Shown here: positions 14,589 through 27,636 of the stretch, piece after piece
Layout: each line of letters opens with the position of its first letter
Numbering within the stretch: position 1 is the stretch's first letter
Origin: Octopus sinensis
Lineage: Eukaryota
Length of the DNA: 64,000 nt
Direction: 5' to 3'
Assembly: GCF_006345805.1 (NCBI RefSeq)
Contig: NC_043000.1
Coordinates: forward strand, 67,456,001 to 67,520,000
Made by a program: the position numbers and the translations under genes
Notes under the pieces: model-generated
What the model saw: only the letters and a program-made list of their open reading frames with translations
Told to the model about the DNA's origin: nothing
Database searches by the model: none

Positions 14589-15303
14589 GTTTTATTTGTT
14601 AGCGGAGTATTGAGGTACAAATCGTTGTTCTTTCTGGTTTATTTTTCCTTCACACACTCTCTAATCGTTTCATCAATTTGATCAATAGAATTTTATTGGT
14701 GCTAAATTTTAGTTTTTATATATTTAGGTGTAAACCGGTTACGCCGTCATTCTGATTCCAATCTAAATCATAAAACTTCTTCGAATTTCTTTTTCATCGG
14801 AGCCATCATCAGCCAGTTTTTCTTCTATCACATATTTCACGCAGTCTGAACGACTTATCAAGTGATTTAAGTTTATAAAACAAGATGTTGAAATATCATC
14901 CTATGCAATTATTTTTGAAAATAGTTGATATATAGTGAATTGTTATATAATCACGAAAGTTCATTTCATTTTATGTACTTAAATAAAACCTTCACAAATT
15001 TTTCAAGAAATATCTTTTGAATTAATACATAAATAGTATTGAAAGAAAATCTTGATTTATTTTGACTGGGTTCAAAGGTAGGAGCGCATTTGATTCCTCT
15101 TAGGCTTGTAAATTATTGAAGTTTATTCCATCAACATCGCTGACCGCCACGGGATCTGAAATGATGCTAAAGCCAACACCACCGCCACTCATTGAAGTAT
15201 AAATAAAACAAATAATTATTTTCTTATATTTCAAGACACCGCTACAAATAATTCAGATTGCTAAAGCTCGCAGTGTTTGTTGCCGCCTATTAACTGCCTG
15301 CCT

Positions 15304-15352
15304 GTATGTATGTATGTATGTATGTATGTATGTATGTATGTATGTATGTATG

Positions 15353-15393
<41 letters not shown>

Positions 15394-15411
15394 GTTTGTC
15401 TGTCTGTCAAC

Positions 15412-15461
<50 letters not shown>

Positions 15462-15990
15462 CTATCTATCTATCTATCTATCTAGCTATCTGTCTACTTA
15501 TCTATCTATCTACCTATGTATGTATGTATGTATGTATGTATGTATGTATGTATGTATGTATGTATGTACCTGGTATTTCAAAATTTCAAAGTCGAGACCC
15601 CTTCCGCGGTAAATTTTCGGGAGAAAGTTGGCATTTGCTCACTTCTCTGCTAGTATCAACTTTTCTCCAGAGATTTCCTAAAGAATAGGTCCAGATTCTG
15701 AAATATTAATATATCAGGTAAAACTATCAACCTATCAGCCAGTTTTGATCTTATAAATTGCATTGTTTTGGCTTATAAATAATGAAATTAAGGACATTTA
15801 TATGTTTGAGAACTATATTATTCTCATTTTCATATATATATATATGAGAATAATGTAATATTATATATATATATAAGAGGTAACAGACAGAACACAACAA
15901 GGTTAGATGAAAGCAGAGCAAACATGAAACAAGACGAAAATACATACATACATATACTTATATATATATTATATATATATATATTATATA

Positions 15991-16032
<42 letters not shown>

Positions 16033-16135
16033 TATATATATATTATATATATATATGTATGTGTGTGTGTATGTATGTGTAAATACATATATATATATAT
16101 ATATCTATATATATATATATAATATATATATATAT

Positions 16136-16177
<42 letters not shown>

Positions 16178-16214
16178 ATTTACATATATATGTATATTAA
16201 TTGTATTATTATTA

Positions 16215-16292
<78 letters not shown>

Positions 16293-16637
16293 CATTGTTA
16301 TTATCATTATTATTATTATTATCATTATTTTATTTTCCTCCACTTATAAATCTGCTTGATTTACAGCTCGATGCATTCTTTTGATATACAGAAGATTGCA
16401 TAAATTCTCAAAACTTTTTTATTCATAATTTTCATATATATTTACACACAGAAGCACGCATACAAGCACACGCACACGCAGATGCGAACAGACACGCACA
16501 CAGACACACTCACCGACACGTACACAAACACACAGACACACACGCACGCACACACACGCACACACACACACCCACACCTTCACACACGCAAACTTATTCT
16601 TATAACGTGTTTCAGAGAAATTATACCGAAAATCTAT

Positions 16638-16722
<85 letters not shown>

Positions 16723-16777
16723 TATATAGATAGATAGATAGATAATATAAATACACACACACACACACACACACACG

Positions 16778-16847
<70 letters not shown>

Positions 16848-16871
16848 TAAATACACACACACACACACACG

Positions 16872-16903
<32 letters not shown>

Positions 16904-16980
16904 AATATATATACATATATATATACATATATATACATATATATATATATATATTATATATATATATATATATAATATTT
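15304..16980. repeat. Microsatellite field: (TATG)n, (TATC)n, (TA)n, (TTA)n, (CA)n, (GA)n, (GATA)n
   Basis: Directly visible. Confidence 0.92.
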
Positions 16981-17709
16981 TATATGAAATGTTTTTTGTA
17001 TGATGTAGATATTTCTCATACTTTCTCCTTTCATCTCTATTTTAACAAGATACAAGTCTCCTTTATATATTCTTACACAACCTTCTCAAACATCTAACAC
17101 AGTTTTATGATGTATGTAGTATGATTTGGACAACTAGTTTGTCATATCTCTCTAAACTAGAATTTGTACAGAAATTTTCCTTTCTCCGTGTCATAGATTT
17201 GATTACTGGACGAAAATTGGACTTAATAGAGGTAGTTTTGCGAATAAAAAAATATTGGTGTGCTAGAAATAATAATTCAGGTGTGTTATAACTTCACCGT
17301 GTTATATGTATATACATAGTAGTATAGCACCTGACATAATCAAAACATCGTTAAATTGAGTCCATAGATCTTAACATCAAAATAAAGGATGGGGCAATAT
17401 TTTACCAAAACATAGGTGATGCAAACACTTCTTAACACATCAATGTAGCTACTTCAGGAAATATTTTCCAAATGCGGAAAGAACTTTATTAAGATTTAAC
17501 TCTTGAAAATCCTAGCTGGACAAGGCTGTATATTGGTTCTGGTTTGAATTGGAAGTCAACATATTTAAATAGCGCATTTATTACATGAGCAATAAACTTC
17601 AAATCTACGACATCATATAATAATTCAGGATGAACGTTGATCTGGGTGTGAAGTATATAGAAATGCAAATATTGATATAATCCTCGACCTTATCTCTTGT
17701 AATATACTT

Positions 17710-17741
<32 letters not shown>

Positions 17742-18352
17742 TGCTCTCACTCTTTTTCTCTTTCTCTCTCCTTCTCTTTCTTTTTCAATATTAGATCAGT
17801 ATACACATGTATTTGAAGATTTAATAGCAAAAGCTTTGCGAATCCTGATTCTATTTTCAACATCTTATATGTATGATCGAAGATTTTCGTCTCTTTCAGT
17901 TTCAAGTTAGACAATGATAAGCACAAGGAAATGTGATAACGTTACTTTCAAAATTGATTTCCAAAATTAAACGACGGAATTTTTTATAATAGAAGAAAAA
18001 TAATAGAATTTTGTCTGGCGTAGATCAATAATAGAATGTTTTTGGATTAGTTAAAATATTCTTATGTTACAGAAAACAGAGGAAAAGGGTTTATGTAAAA
18101 GATTGTTTATATTTAATTTTAATTGTAAAAGTGCTTTCTGTACCAATGTCCATCTTCTCTTAATACTTATTACCTGGCTGCCTTGTTGGTCAATCTTGAT
18201 TCACCAGGTGATGATTAAATTACTTAAACCTTTATGTCTTTATCGAATGGCAACTATGAATGTATGCATCTAAATATACCAAACACCCTCAAAAATAAAA
18301 ACTTTTGTACGTATGTACTTATGTATGTATGTATACATATGTATACATGTGA

Positions 18353-18394
<42 letters not shown>

Positions 18395-18423
18395 TATATG
18401 TATGTATGTGTGTGTATGTATGC

Positions 18424-18455
<32 letters not shown>

Positions 18456-18701
18456 TTCTTTTGTGAGTCCATCTCACAAGGGAAGGATCGCTTTAGTTTG
18501 CTGTGCCCGCCCGCTCCCTGTAACGTGATTGTAGCTTTCAGATTTATTTTTTGACTCATTTTTAGTAATCGCTGGCACTATTTTGCACCCTTTATTTATT
18601 TATTCCTTTTGAGGTTTTAGTTGATAGCTACATATACTATAATGTGTTTTATATATCTCAATATATTAATACATCTTTGTAGCATCTTCTTGTATTAATT
18701 A

Positions 18702-18737
<36 letters not shown>

Positions 18738-18954
18738 ATGTGTGTGTGTGTGTGTGTAATACACAAAAACTTACATGTATGTTTATTATTGGCGTAATGA
18801 CCCTCCCAAGATAAACCTATTTACATATATGTGTGTGTATGTGTGGGTTTGCATGTGTGTGTGTGTGTGTATGTTTAATGTTAACAGTTGGTAAAAGAGT
18901 ATTCAATGCCATAGTAGAACTAATGATAGGTTTAATTCTGGTCGAGTCAGTTTT

Positions 18955-18998
18955 TTGCGACTCTGAATTTCAGCTGTGAGTGCAGAATCTTCAGGCAA
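18955..18998 (-). ncRNA. Type I minimal hammerhead ribozyme motif (Penelope-like pLTR type)
   Basis: The minus strand reads UUGC-CUGAAGA-UU CUG CACUCA CAG CU-GAAA-UUC A GAG-UC^-GCAA. It has stem I UUGC/GCAA, an intact core, a GUC cleavage triplet and a near-palindromic stem III. Stem II is weak. Confidence 0.65.
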
Positions 18999-19011
18999 GT
19001 TATTACATAAC

Positions 19012-19057
19012 TTGTCTGAAGATTCTCTTCACTCACAGCCGAAATTCAGAGCAGCAA
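19012..19057 (+). ncRNA. Degenerate hammerhead motif (mirror copy)
   Basis: UUGU-CUGAAGA-...CAGCC-GAAA-UUCAGAG-CA-GCAA. The cleavage triplet is GCA and stem II is disrupted. Confidence 0.5.
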
Positions 19058-19760
19058 ATGACTGATTGGACTAAAATAAAATATATCATATACATTCATG
19101 CATATATATATATATACACACACATACACACATTTTTATAAAAACGTACGTGTGTCGCTATTACCGTGATTGTGGATGTAAGAACAACAAAAATCTCACT
19201 GAGCACACCTTTTACATAACCTATTTAATTTTAGTCTGAAAACGTTGTTAAATGCATACGAAAATTGACTTTGATAACTTTGAACCGAAAAGGAGAGATT
19301 TCTATTCTATGACTTTACAAAATTCATATAGCTTTTCAGAAACTCAAGGCACTTATATAGTGGTAGATGAATATAGATATTATATTTGTAATAAATAGAA
19401 ATATTAAATATTCACTCAATAATGTTGTTGCCAAACAAATTAGTTATTACGACAACATGAAATATACGGTTTGAAGTTTGTTCCAGATGAACTCTTTAAG
19501 GAAAAGTTAAACGAATGCTTTATTAAGGCAGAAAAACGGGTTTGTAATCAATTTCCCATTGATGAAACAAAGTACTTCGTTTTATGAAGTCATTAACTTT
19601 TGTGATTCAATTCAAAAATATTTCATTCAATTTTATATGATATATTCTCTTTAAATTATTAAAAAAAAAAGAATTGAACTCCCCCTAGATAGACTTGATC
19701 AATCACTGCATGTATGTATATGTGCATTTGTGTGTGCATATGTATGTATACTTATATATA

Positions 19761-19798
<38 letters not shown>

Positions 19799-20042
19799 GA
19801 AATATATGCATATATGTATGTGTATACGTATGTATGTATGTCATACACCCGAGGGTGGCAACAAATTCTAAATTGTAGTACAAAATTTATTTTTGACAAT
19901 TTGATGAAAAATATTGTTTCAAAACATCCTTATAACGTCAATAATGTGAAAGGTTCTCAAAGAATTACAACAAATTTATGCTTATAGTGATTTATAAACA
20001 TTTATAACACATTCCCACACACATGCATATATATAATGTCTG

Positions 20043-20080
<38 letters not shown>

Positions 20081-20081
<1 letters not shown>

Positions 20082-21282
20082 GAGGGGCGTTCAATAAGTA
20101 ATGCCCTTGACCCACTTCCCATAGCAGTAGAGCAACGACACTTGGCAGAGTTATTAGTCTTTTCCTACATAGGAACTACCCAGAGTTATGCATTTCTCCC
20201 ATCGTTTGATACAGCTCTGGAGACCGTTTTTGTAGAAGACCCCAGCTTGGTCCTCCAACCACGACGTGACTTCAGAAATCAAGGCTGCATCATCTGGGAA
20301 ACGCTTTCCTTTCAAAATCAACTTCATGGCTGGGAAGAGGTGAAAATCAGAGGGTGCAAGGGGAGGAGTTTATAGCTGCACGCCTGTGCTTCTGATCTGG
20401 CGACACGCGAGTTGTGGACCGGAGCGTTGTCCTGCAGGAGGAGGATGCCTTTGCTGATCTTGCCCCGCCTCTTGATTTTGATAGCTTCTCTTAATTTCCT
20501 CAAAAGTGAAGCATAATAGGCTCCTGTAATTGTGGTACCCTTTGCCAGGAAATCTGTCATCACTACTCCATCCTGGTCCCAGAAGACTATGAGCATGACC
20601 TTGTCAGCGGAGGGCTGCACCCTTGCCTTCTTTGGAGGAGGTGAGTCACGGTGCTTTCACTGCATTGACTGGGCTTTGGTCTATGGATCATAGTAATGGA
20701 CCCAGGTTTTATCCTGTGTGATCAGTCTTTTGAAAAAATTTGACTCATCTTCTTGGCACATCTTCAAATTCATCCTCGAGCACTCAACGCGTTCTTGCTT
20801 CTGGAAAGGTGTGAGCAACCTGGAAATCCATCTGGCAGACACTTTTTGCATATGCAAATGGTCATGAATGATAGTTTCCACAGACCCGGTACTAATCTTG
20901 ACCTCATGGGCTATTTGGCGAATAGTTATGCGTTGACCTTCCAAAATGGCAGCCTCAACTTGACGGACAGACGTCTCATCAACGGCAGAAAGGGGCGACC
21001 AGATCTGGGAGCTGTTTCCACAGAGTTCCGACTATGTTTGAATTCACAATGCCAGCGTTTTACAAGGTCATATGATGGGGCATCATCACCATAAGTTACT
21101 TTCATTTCATCAAAAGTCTCCCGTGGTGTGCGTCCTTTCAAATACAAATACCAGATCACTGCTCGACACTCAACAGGCTCCATTTCACACTTGACTCAGT
21201 TCAAACACCTGTAAATCAGAAACCACAGCTAGATCAAACAACTGAAAGTGGGTCAGGGGCATTACTTATTGAACGCCCCTCG
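20081..21282 (-). mobile_element. Full-length mariner transposon (1202 bp)
   Basis: 37-bp TIRs cgaggggcgttcaataagtaatgccc(t/c)tgacccactt with one mismatch, TA on both sides within a (TA)n tract, and transposase remnants inside. Confidence 0.96.
20154..21183 (-). pseudogene. Mariner DD34D transposase pseudogene (irritans-like)
   Basis: MEPVECRAVI...PRSGRP, WISRLLT (WVPRxL), ITQDKTWVHYYDP, LLQDNAPVH, LAPSDFHLF and RWEKCI are present. It carries a frameshift, a stop, and a deletion removing the YSPD motif. Confidence 0.93.
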
Positions 21283-21310
21283 TATATATATATATATATA
21301 TACATATATG

Positions 21311-23870
21311 TAACTAGAAACATCCACGGCCTAAACACTGGCACATCCTCGACTACGGTCGACTACGATCCAGGGTTAGACGAGATGTACGCATCACCCG
21401 CTCCATACCTAGTGCAAATGACTGCTGGATAGGTCACTGCCTTCTTATTCCTCGCTTTGACATCAAGATCCGCTGCCCACTAAAGCGAGTCTCAGCAAAT
21501 ATCTCTTGCCGACGCTTCGACTGCGCCAAACTCCGGAGTTCACAGGCATCCCAAGACTTCAGGGAATCCATTGAGAGACACCTGATGGACCTCCCAGAGC
21601 CAACCTTCATTGAGGATCGCTGGACCAGCCTTCGTGAAGCCATGACTGCTGCCGTCGAGGAGACGATCGGCTTTGCCCGGGAGAAGGACCAAGACTGGTT
21701 TGACGAGAATGATGACACCGTCTCCCGTCTTATCGAAACCAAACTCTTCGAGAACCATGCTACTGCGGAGAACAAACGAAAACACCAGCAAGCATCAGCG
21801 GAATGCCAGCGAGGAATTCGAGAAGTTCAGAACAGCTGGTGGCAGAGGAAAGCAGAGGAGATGAAAAACTATGCGAACCAACGAGACGTGCAGTTTTTAT
21901 GCCGCAACCAAGGAAATCTTTGTCCCCCCCCCACCCACCCACAAGGTCATCAGTGGGCGGACTGAAGATCGCAGCTGGCTCTACAATAACCGACATCCAG
22001 GAAATCCTCGATCGCTAGAAGTCCCATTTCTAGTGCCTACTTAACGATCACCCACGTACTCCTGACGATCTCTTCCAAAGCACCCCCACAACTTCACATC
22101 CGCCATTGGATATCCCTGCCGCCCTAACGCCATGAGTTCAACAAAGAACTTGCGTGCATGAAGCCAGAGAAAACTCCAGGACCAGACAACATCTCGTTTA
22201 AGTTTTTCACGCACAGAGGTCCTGAACTGAGAAATCATCTGATGCTCCTTATCCTCAAGATCTGGAAAAGCAAGACCCCCGCCACCGAACGACTTCCGCG
22301 ATGCAACTGTCATCACCATCTAGAAGAAGGGAGACCGAGAGGATTGCAACAGCTATCGGGGCATCTCACTCCTGAGTATTGCAAGTTTGACCTTCGCCCG
22401 TATCCTACTCAATTCTCCTCATCCTCGCAAAACACGTCCTCTCTGAGTCCCAGTGTATCTTTCGACCTTTCGACCCTCTCGATGCACAACCGACATGATC
22501 TTTTTTGCTCGTCAACTACAGGAGGAGTGTCAGGAACAACAAGAGCCTGCAATGTTCATCTTCTGGAATCCAAGAAAGCCTTTGACAAGGTCTCCCGTCC
22601 TGCAATGTGGGCCGTCTCACCCGGTTTGGATGTCCAGAGGACTTCATTGCCCTGGCCCGCTCTCTCCACGACGGCATGGTGGGTAGGGTATGTCATCAAA
22701 ATGTCCTTGCAGACCCGTTTCCCATCACTGGGGGTCTTAAGCAAGGATGCGTCTTGGCCGCCATGTTCAACGAAATCCCACTAGACTCGCCTTCCATCAA
22801 CATGCGCTATTGCTTGGATAGCGGGCCCTTCAATCACACATGTCTCTGTGCAATGACAAGGACCTCCGCTATCTCGGTCCGTGAGATGCAGTATGCCAAC
22901 GACAATGCCGCTCCGAGCCGGATCGCAGATGGTCTACAAAGGACGGCCGATCTTTACAACGCGGCTTACGAACGTTTCGGGGTGCAGGTAAACACATTAA
23001 AGACCAAGATACTGAGCCAACTTGCTCTTGTCCGGAACAATCCTCCCACAAACATGAGCATCAACAGCCAACCCCTAGAAGAATTTGAACACTTCACATA
23101 CCTTGGAAGTATCCTTTCGAAGACCCCTACGTGTGAAAAGGACGTGGAGAACCGGATTGGGGCGGCTCACTCCGCCTTCGGCAGACTCTGCCAACGTGTA
23201 TTCTTCAATCACGCGCTGACCTAGCGGATAAAGATCATGGTTTTCCGTGCCATTGCCCTATCAACTCTACGCTTGTGAGACTCGGACGCTGTACCGCCCT
23301 GACTTCAAGCGTTTTGAATGCTTCCAGCAATCGAACAATGGGAAGATTACGTTACCAACAACGAGGTTCTTCGCCGCGCCTTACTACCAAGTGTCGAAGC
23401 CACCATTCTTCGCCATCGTCTCCGCTGGGCATGTCACGTCCAGTATATGGAGTCCTCTCGTCTCCCAAGGATCATGCTCTGCGGAGAACTTGCAATCGGA
23501 ACAGGACCTAGAAGAGGTCCGAAATTCCGTTTTAAAGACCAGTTCAAACGGATCTTGGCTCAAGCTCACATCCAGCCATCCTCATGGGAATAAATTGGCA
23601 TGGATAGGACAGCCTGGAGAACTGCTATCCACAATGGAGCCAGCTCCTTCGAACAGAGCAGACAGCAGAATGAGGAGGCAAAATGAGGAGAAGAAAGGAG
23701 CGTCTTTAATAACCTCGACCTGCACCGACCATCACCTGCGAGTTCTATTCACGACTCTTTCACCACTGACTAGGACTCCAAAATCACTTTCGGCACAAAC
23801 ATCAACTGAGGAGACTGGACGGAAACTGACAAACCCAATGCTCGGAACCCAGCTGGAGCCGACGACGACG
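21311..23870 (+). mobile_element. 5'-truncated, frameshifted RTE-clade LINE
   Basis: APE end KHPRPKHWHILDY, KTPGPDNI, KKAFD, GLKQGCVLA, MQYAND (YADD), FTYLGS, RLRWACHVQYM..RLPR, a C-terminal C2H2-like remnant and a (GAC)n tail at 23861-23870. Confidence 0.92.
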
Positions 23871-24180
<310 letters not shown>

Positions 24181-24352
24181 TATACATAGGCAGAGGGAGA
24201 CAGAGACATAAAGAAAGAAAGTGAGAAAAAGAGAATGAGAGTAGTAACATGTTATCAAGTACTATTACGTACACAGTTGTACTATGAACAAAGTAGAAGA
24301 CAACACATTATCTTTGGCAGAGTGAAATATTTAATATATAGAGTTCTACTTT

Positions 24353-24400
24353 CTGTTTCTCCGAGTTTATGTTGCTGTTCATGAACAATCATCAGACAAG
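24353..24400 (-). ncRNA. Degenerate hammerhead-like motif
   Basis: The minus strand reads CUUGU-CUGAUGA-UUGUUCAUGAACAGCAACA-UAAA-CUC G GAG-AA-ACAG. The layout matches 18955-18998, but GAAA and the cleavage U are mutated. Confidence 0.4.
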
Positions 24401-24491
24401 ACTTACTAAAGTCAGCCACCCACGTTCGGGGGCATGTTGAAACGCTGAGTAATAAAATGTTTTTTCCTCCTCTTTCTTTCTCTCTATCTTC

Positions 24492-24530
<39 letters not shown>

Positions 24531-24569
24531 TACACCCAAATATATATTATATATATATATTTTTTTTTT

Positions 24570-24731
24570 TTTTCCCTCCTTGTTTCTCTCCTTGTTTTTT
24601 CTGTGTACCTTTCTGTAGAAGAGCGTAGGCTTGAAACGTAATAGATTTTTTTCTATTCCTGAGCGTTGTACTAATACATCTGTTCGTTTTGTACACCACC
24701 TGTCTTCGTCTTTTGTTTTTTCGTAAACTTT

Positions 24732-24735
<4 letters not shown>
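24570..24735 (+). mobile_element. Short repeat between (TA)n tracts with a hammerhead-like motif (possible Penelope-like pLTR remnant)
   Basis: cttt-CTGTAGA-agagc gtag gctt-GAAA-cg-ta-atag at 24609-24644, with a palindromic ACGT at the stem III position. Confidence 0.45.
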
Positions 24736-24826
<91 letters not shown>

Positions 24827-26774
24827 CATACAAATATATATATTTTTATGTACTTATGGTTTTCCATACATTCTATATACAAAGAGACTATTTTGTATGT
24901 GTACTTAGAGTTGAATCATCGGTGTAACTATGATGTTCAGGTAATCAGATGACTAGCTTTCTTTATTTGCATTAATTTGTGAATATACAATTGTATTGTA
25001 TAATGCATAGCACGCACAGAAGCGCAGACGTGTAAACATAATTCATTATGCACTGAAATTTTATTTACATGAAGGTAGCGAAACAAATGTAAGCCTTAGG
25101 ATGACAAGTGGTTAAATAAATATATTCACTTCTCAAACCTCTTGCCTTTATATATATTCATGACAAAAGCAGAAGTAAAATATGCATCAGACATAGAAAT
25201 TGACATAAATTACGATAATTTAGACATTGATGATACTTACTAAATATCATTGTATAATATTACTTATTTAATTTAAAACCACCTGGTTGGTTTTGTAATT
25301 ATTAAACATATATATATATACTGATAATGTACCTCACATAAGATCTATCGCTATACAAAACTAAATTATTTACCAGGTGGAATACAGCTCCAAGCAACCA
25401 TTAATGAATTCACCAATAATACTGTGAGTTATCGCCGAAACCGTGAGTATAAATAAATACATATTTTACTTGGACTTAGCAGATTGAAAAACTTGTTATG
25501 AAAAATTAAAAGTAGTTTTACATATATGCATGACATACTTCGCATATAAACACAACAATTTTTGTAGTTTAAGATTTACCGCTTTTGCAAATAAAATCAA
25601 TTTGATCGTAAGTCTGTTCAGCCTGGCTGGTTTGGCTGAAAACAACAGCTTTTCAAATTTCCATTGTAAATACTTGCACTTGGGTTTTGTGTGACAAATT
25701 AAATGCATGGGTTGCTGTGAAAATTAGAAGGTATTGTTTGTTTTATTTCCTTGTGAAAGTGTTATGTAAGGAGGTAGAAATATGTCAAGTGCTAATTACT
25801 GCAATGTGCATCACAATGAATGAAGTGTTTCGCTAGGGCAGAAGAAAATTGGAAAGTTAATAAGCTACACCAGCGTTTGATATGTGTCCCCATTGATTAC
25901 CATCTTTAACAGCTGCCGGTAACTGATTAAAAGCTGTAACTTTCGTTAATGAAACAAAATACTTCTACTGAAAGAGTAAACTAAAGTGACATGAATTTTA
26001 TTAACGAACAATGTTTATATGTAATGTAATGAGAATGTGAAATCAAGAACTGTCGTCGATCCTCACGGCGGTAATCTGTTATTGATTGCATTTAATGATC
26101 TCACTTGCATAATCGCATGATTGCAAAGTAGCAAAAAATTTAGACGTTAAAATTTCAGAAAGTATGATTTTATCTAACCTGAACTACATTTATAGAAATA
26201 CCTAGAAACAATGGCTGAATGTGATTTTATTACAAAGAACTGTCGCATAGTGTTTCTTTAGATGAAATCTGGATTCGCCTAAAGCGCTACTTATTATTTA
26301 AGAAATCTATTGAATTTAAGACATAATTTTTCCGAAACTATACGAAATAAAGTCTCTTTAATCAAAGGCTTTATATAAATTCCAGAAAATTGTCAATAAA
26401 ACAAGTAATAATAGATTTCATCTTCAATGATACAACCATATTGCATGCGTAAGTGATAAAGAATATACATAGATAGATATTCATGTACGTATGTATGTAA
26501 GTATGTATGTATGTATGTATGTATGTAGTATGTATGTATGTATGTATGTATGTATGTATGTATGTATGCATGCATGTATGTATGTATGCATGCATGTATG
26601 CATGTATATATGTATTATGCATGTATGTATGTATGTATGTATGCATGCACGTATGTATGCTCGTATGCATGCATGTATGTATGTATACACGCATATATAG
26701 GTATAACAATATATATCTATTACGCATGTATATATATATATATATATATTTATATATACATATATATATATGAA

Positions 26775-26809
26775 AGGACAAAAGTAAATGTTCTTAGGCT
26801 TATTGTTCC

Positions 26810-26890
<81 letters not shown>

Positions 26891-26943
26891 ATATATATAT
26901 ATATATATGGGACAACAAGCCTAAGAATATTTACTTTTGTCCT
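26775..26943. repeat. 36-bp inverted repeat arms enclosing a (TA)n tract
   Basis: aggacaaaagtaaatgttcttaggcttattgttcca (26775-26810) versus tgggacaacaagcctaagaatatttacttttgtcct (26908-26943), three mismatches. Confidence 0.9.
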
Positions 26944-26967
26944 ACATTCTGTGTACAAAATTCGTAG

Positions 26968-27636
26968 TTTGTTGATGTTTAGCCGCAGGTCAGCTCTAAC
27001 TGAGCACACTTATGATCAAAAGCGTTTCATACAATCTTTTTTTCATTTGAGGCATAGTATATTTGGAACTACATAATCCAAGCTGTCCTTTTTAAAGCTA
27101 GTGGAGTGTGATTTGAGGGGAGATTTCGTCTAGCAGATAGAGCGTCATATGGGAGCTCCCCCGTTGGCTCAAAATCCCCGGATTACTATATCTTGCTGGC
27201 GTCAATTTGATTTACTATGTATTTCTACAATAAATGTGCGTTTCATTTCAAGCTAATAAGAATTATTCTGTATTTTGCTAGAATTAACATCTAAATGTTC
27301 TTTAAATCACATCCTATCGAGTTAAAAAATGAAGGACACACTAGGTAAGGAAATCTTAAGTGCACTATATTTGAAAAAAAAAGAAGCTTTTTCGTGGTCT
27401 GCAAGAGTGATAGTGTTCACAAAAAGAGGAAGAAGTCAAAAGTCATAAGTTATAGCAAAAAGCTTAACAAGTAATTGAGCCATTCTCAAACCAGAGAATG
27501 TTTGCAAAAGAGTTGAATCTGCTAAAATTTAAGAAATAGTGCTGAATCAGAGGACGAATTAAGTCTCAGTCAAAATGCCTTTGCTTATAGGTCTGCTTGA
27601 CCATGGTTGACCTGGGACAAATATACAGTAACAACA
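26968..27636. mobile_element. Two family T copies in opposite orientation (about 26968-27170 minus; about 27285-27636 plus, interrupted)
   Basis: tttagccgcaggtcagc...gtgtgatttgaggggagattt, and aaatcacatcct...tgacctgggacaaa..aacaaca. Confidence 0.5.

Larger units (their letters stand above)
18923..19089. repeat. 167-bp imperfect palindrome centred at about 19005
   Basis: ctctgaatttcagctgtgagtg..agaatcttcaggcaagtta pairs with taacttgtctgaagattct..cactcacagccgaaattcagag, and pairing continues out to atgata/tatcat. Confidence 0.92.

Noticed and set aside
17230-17620. Possible Penelope GIY-YIG remnant (KCGKNFI)
   Set aside because: Only a few scattered residues match, with no continuous frame.
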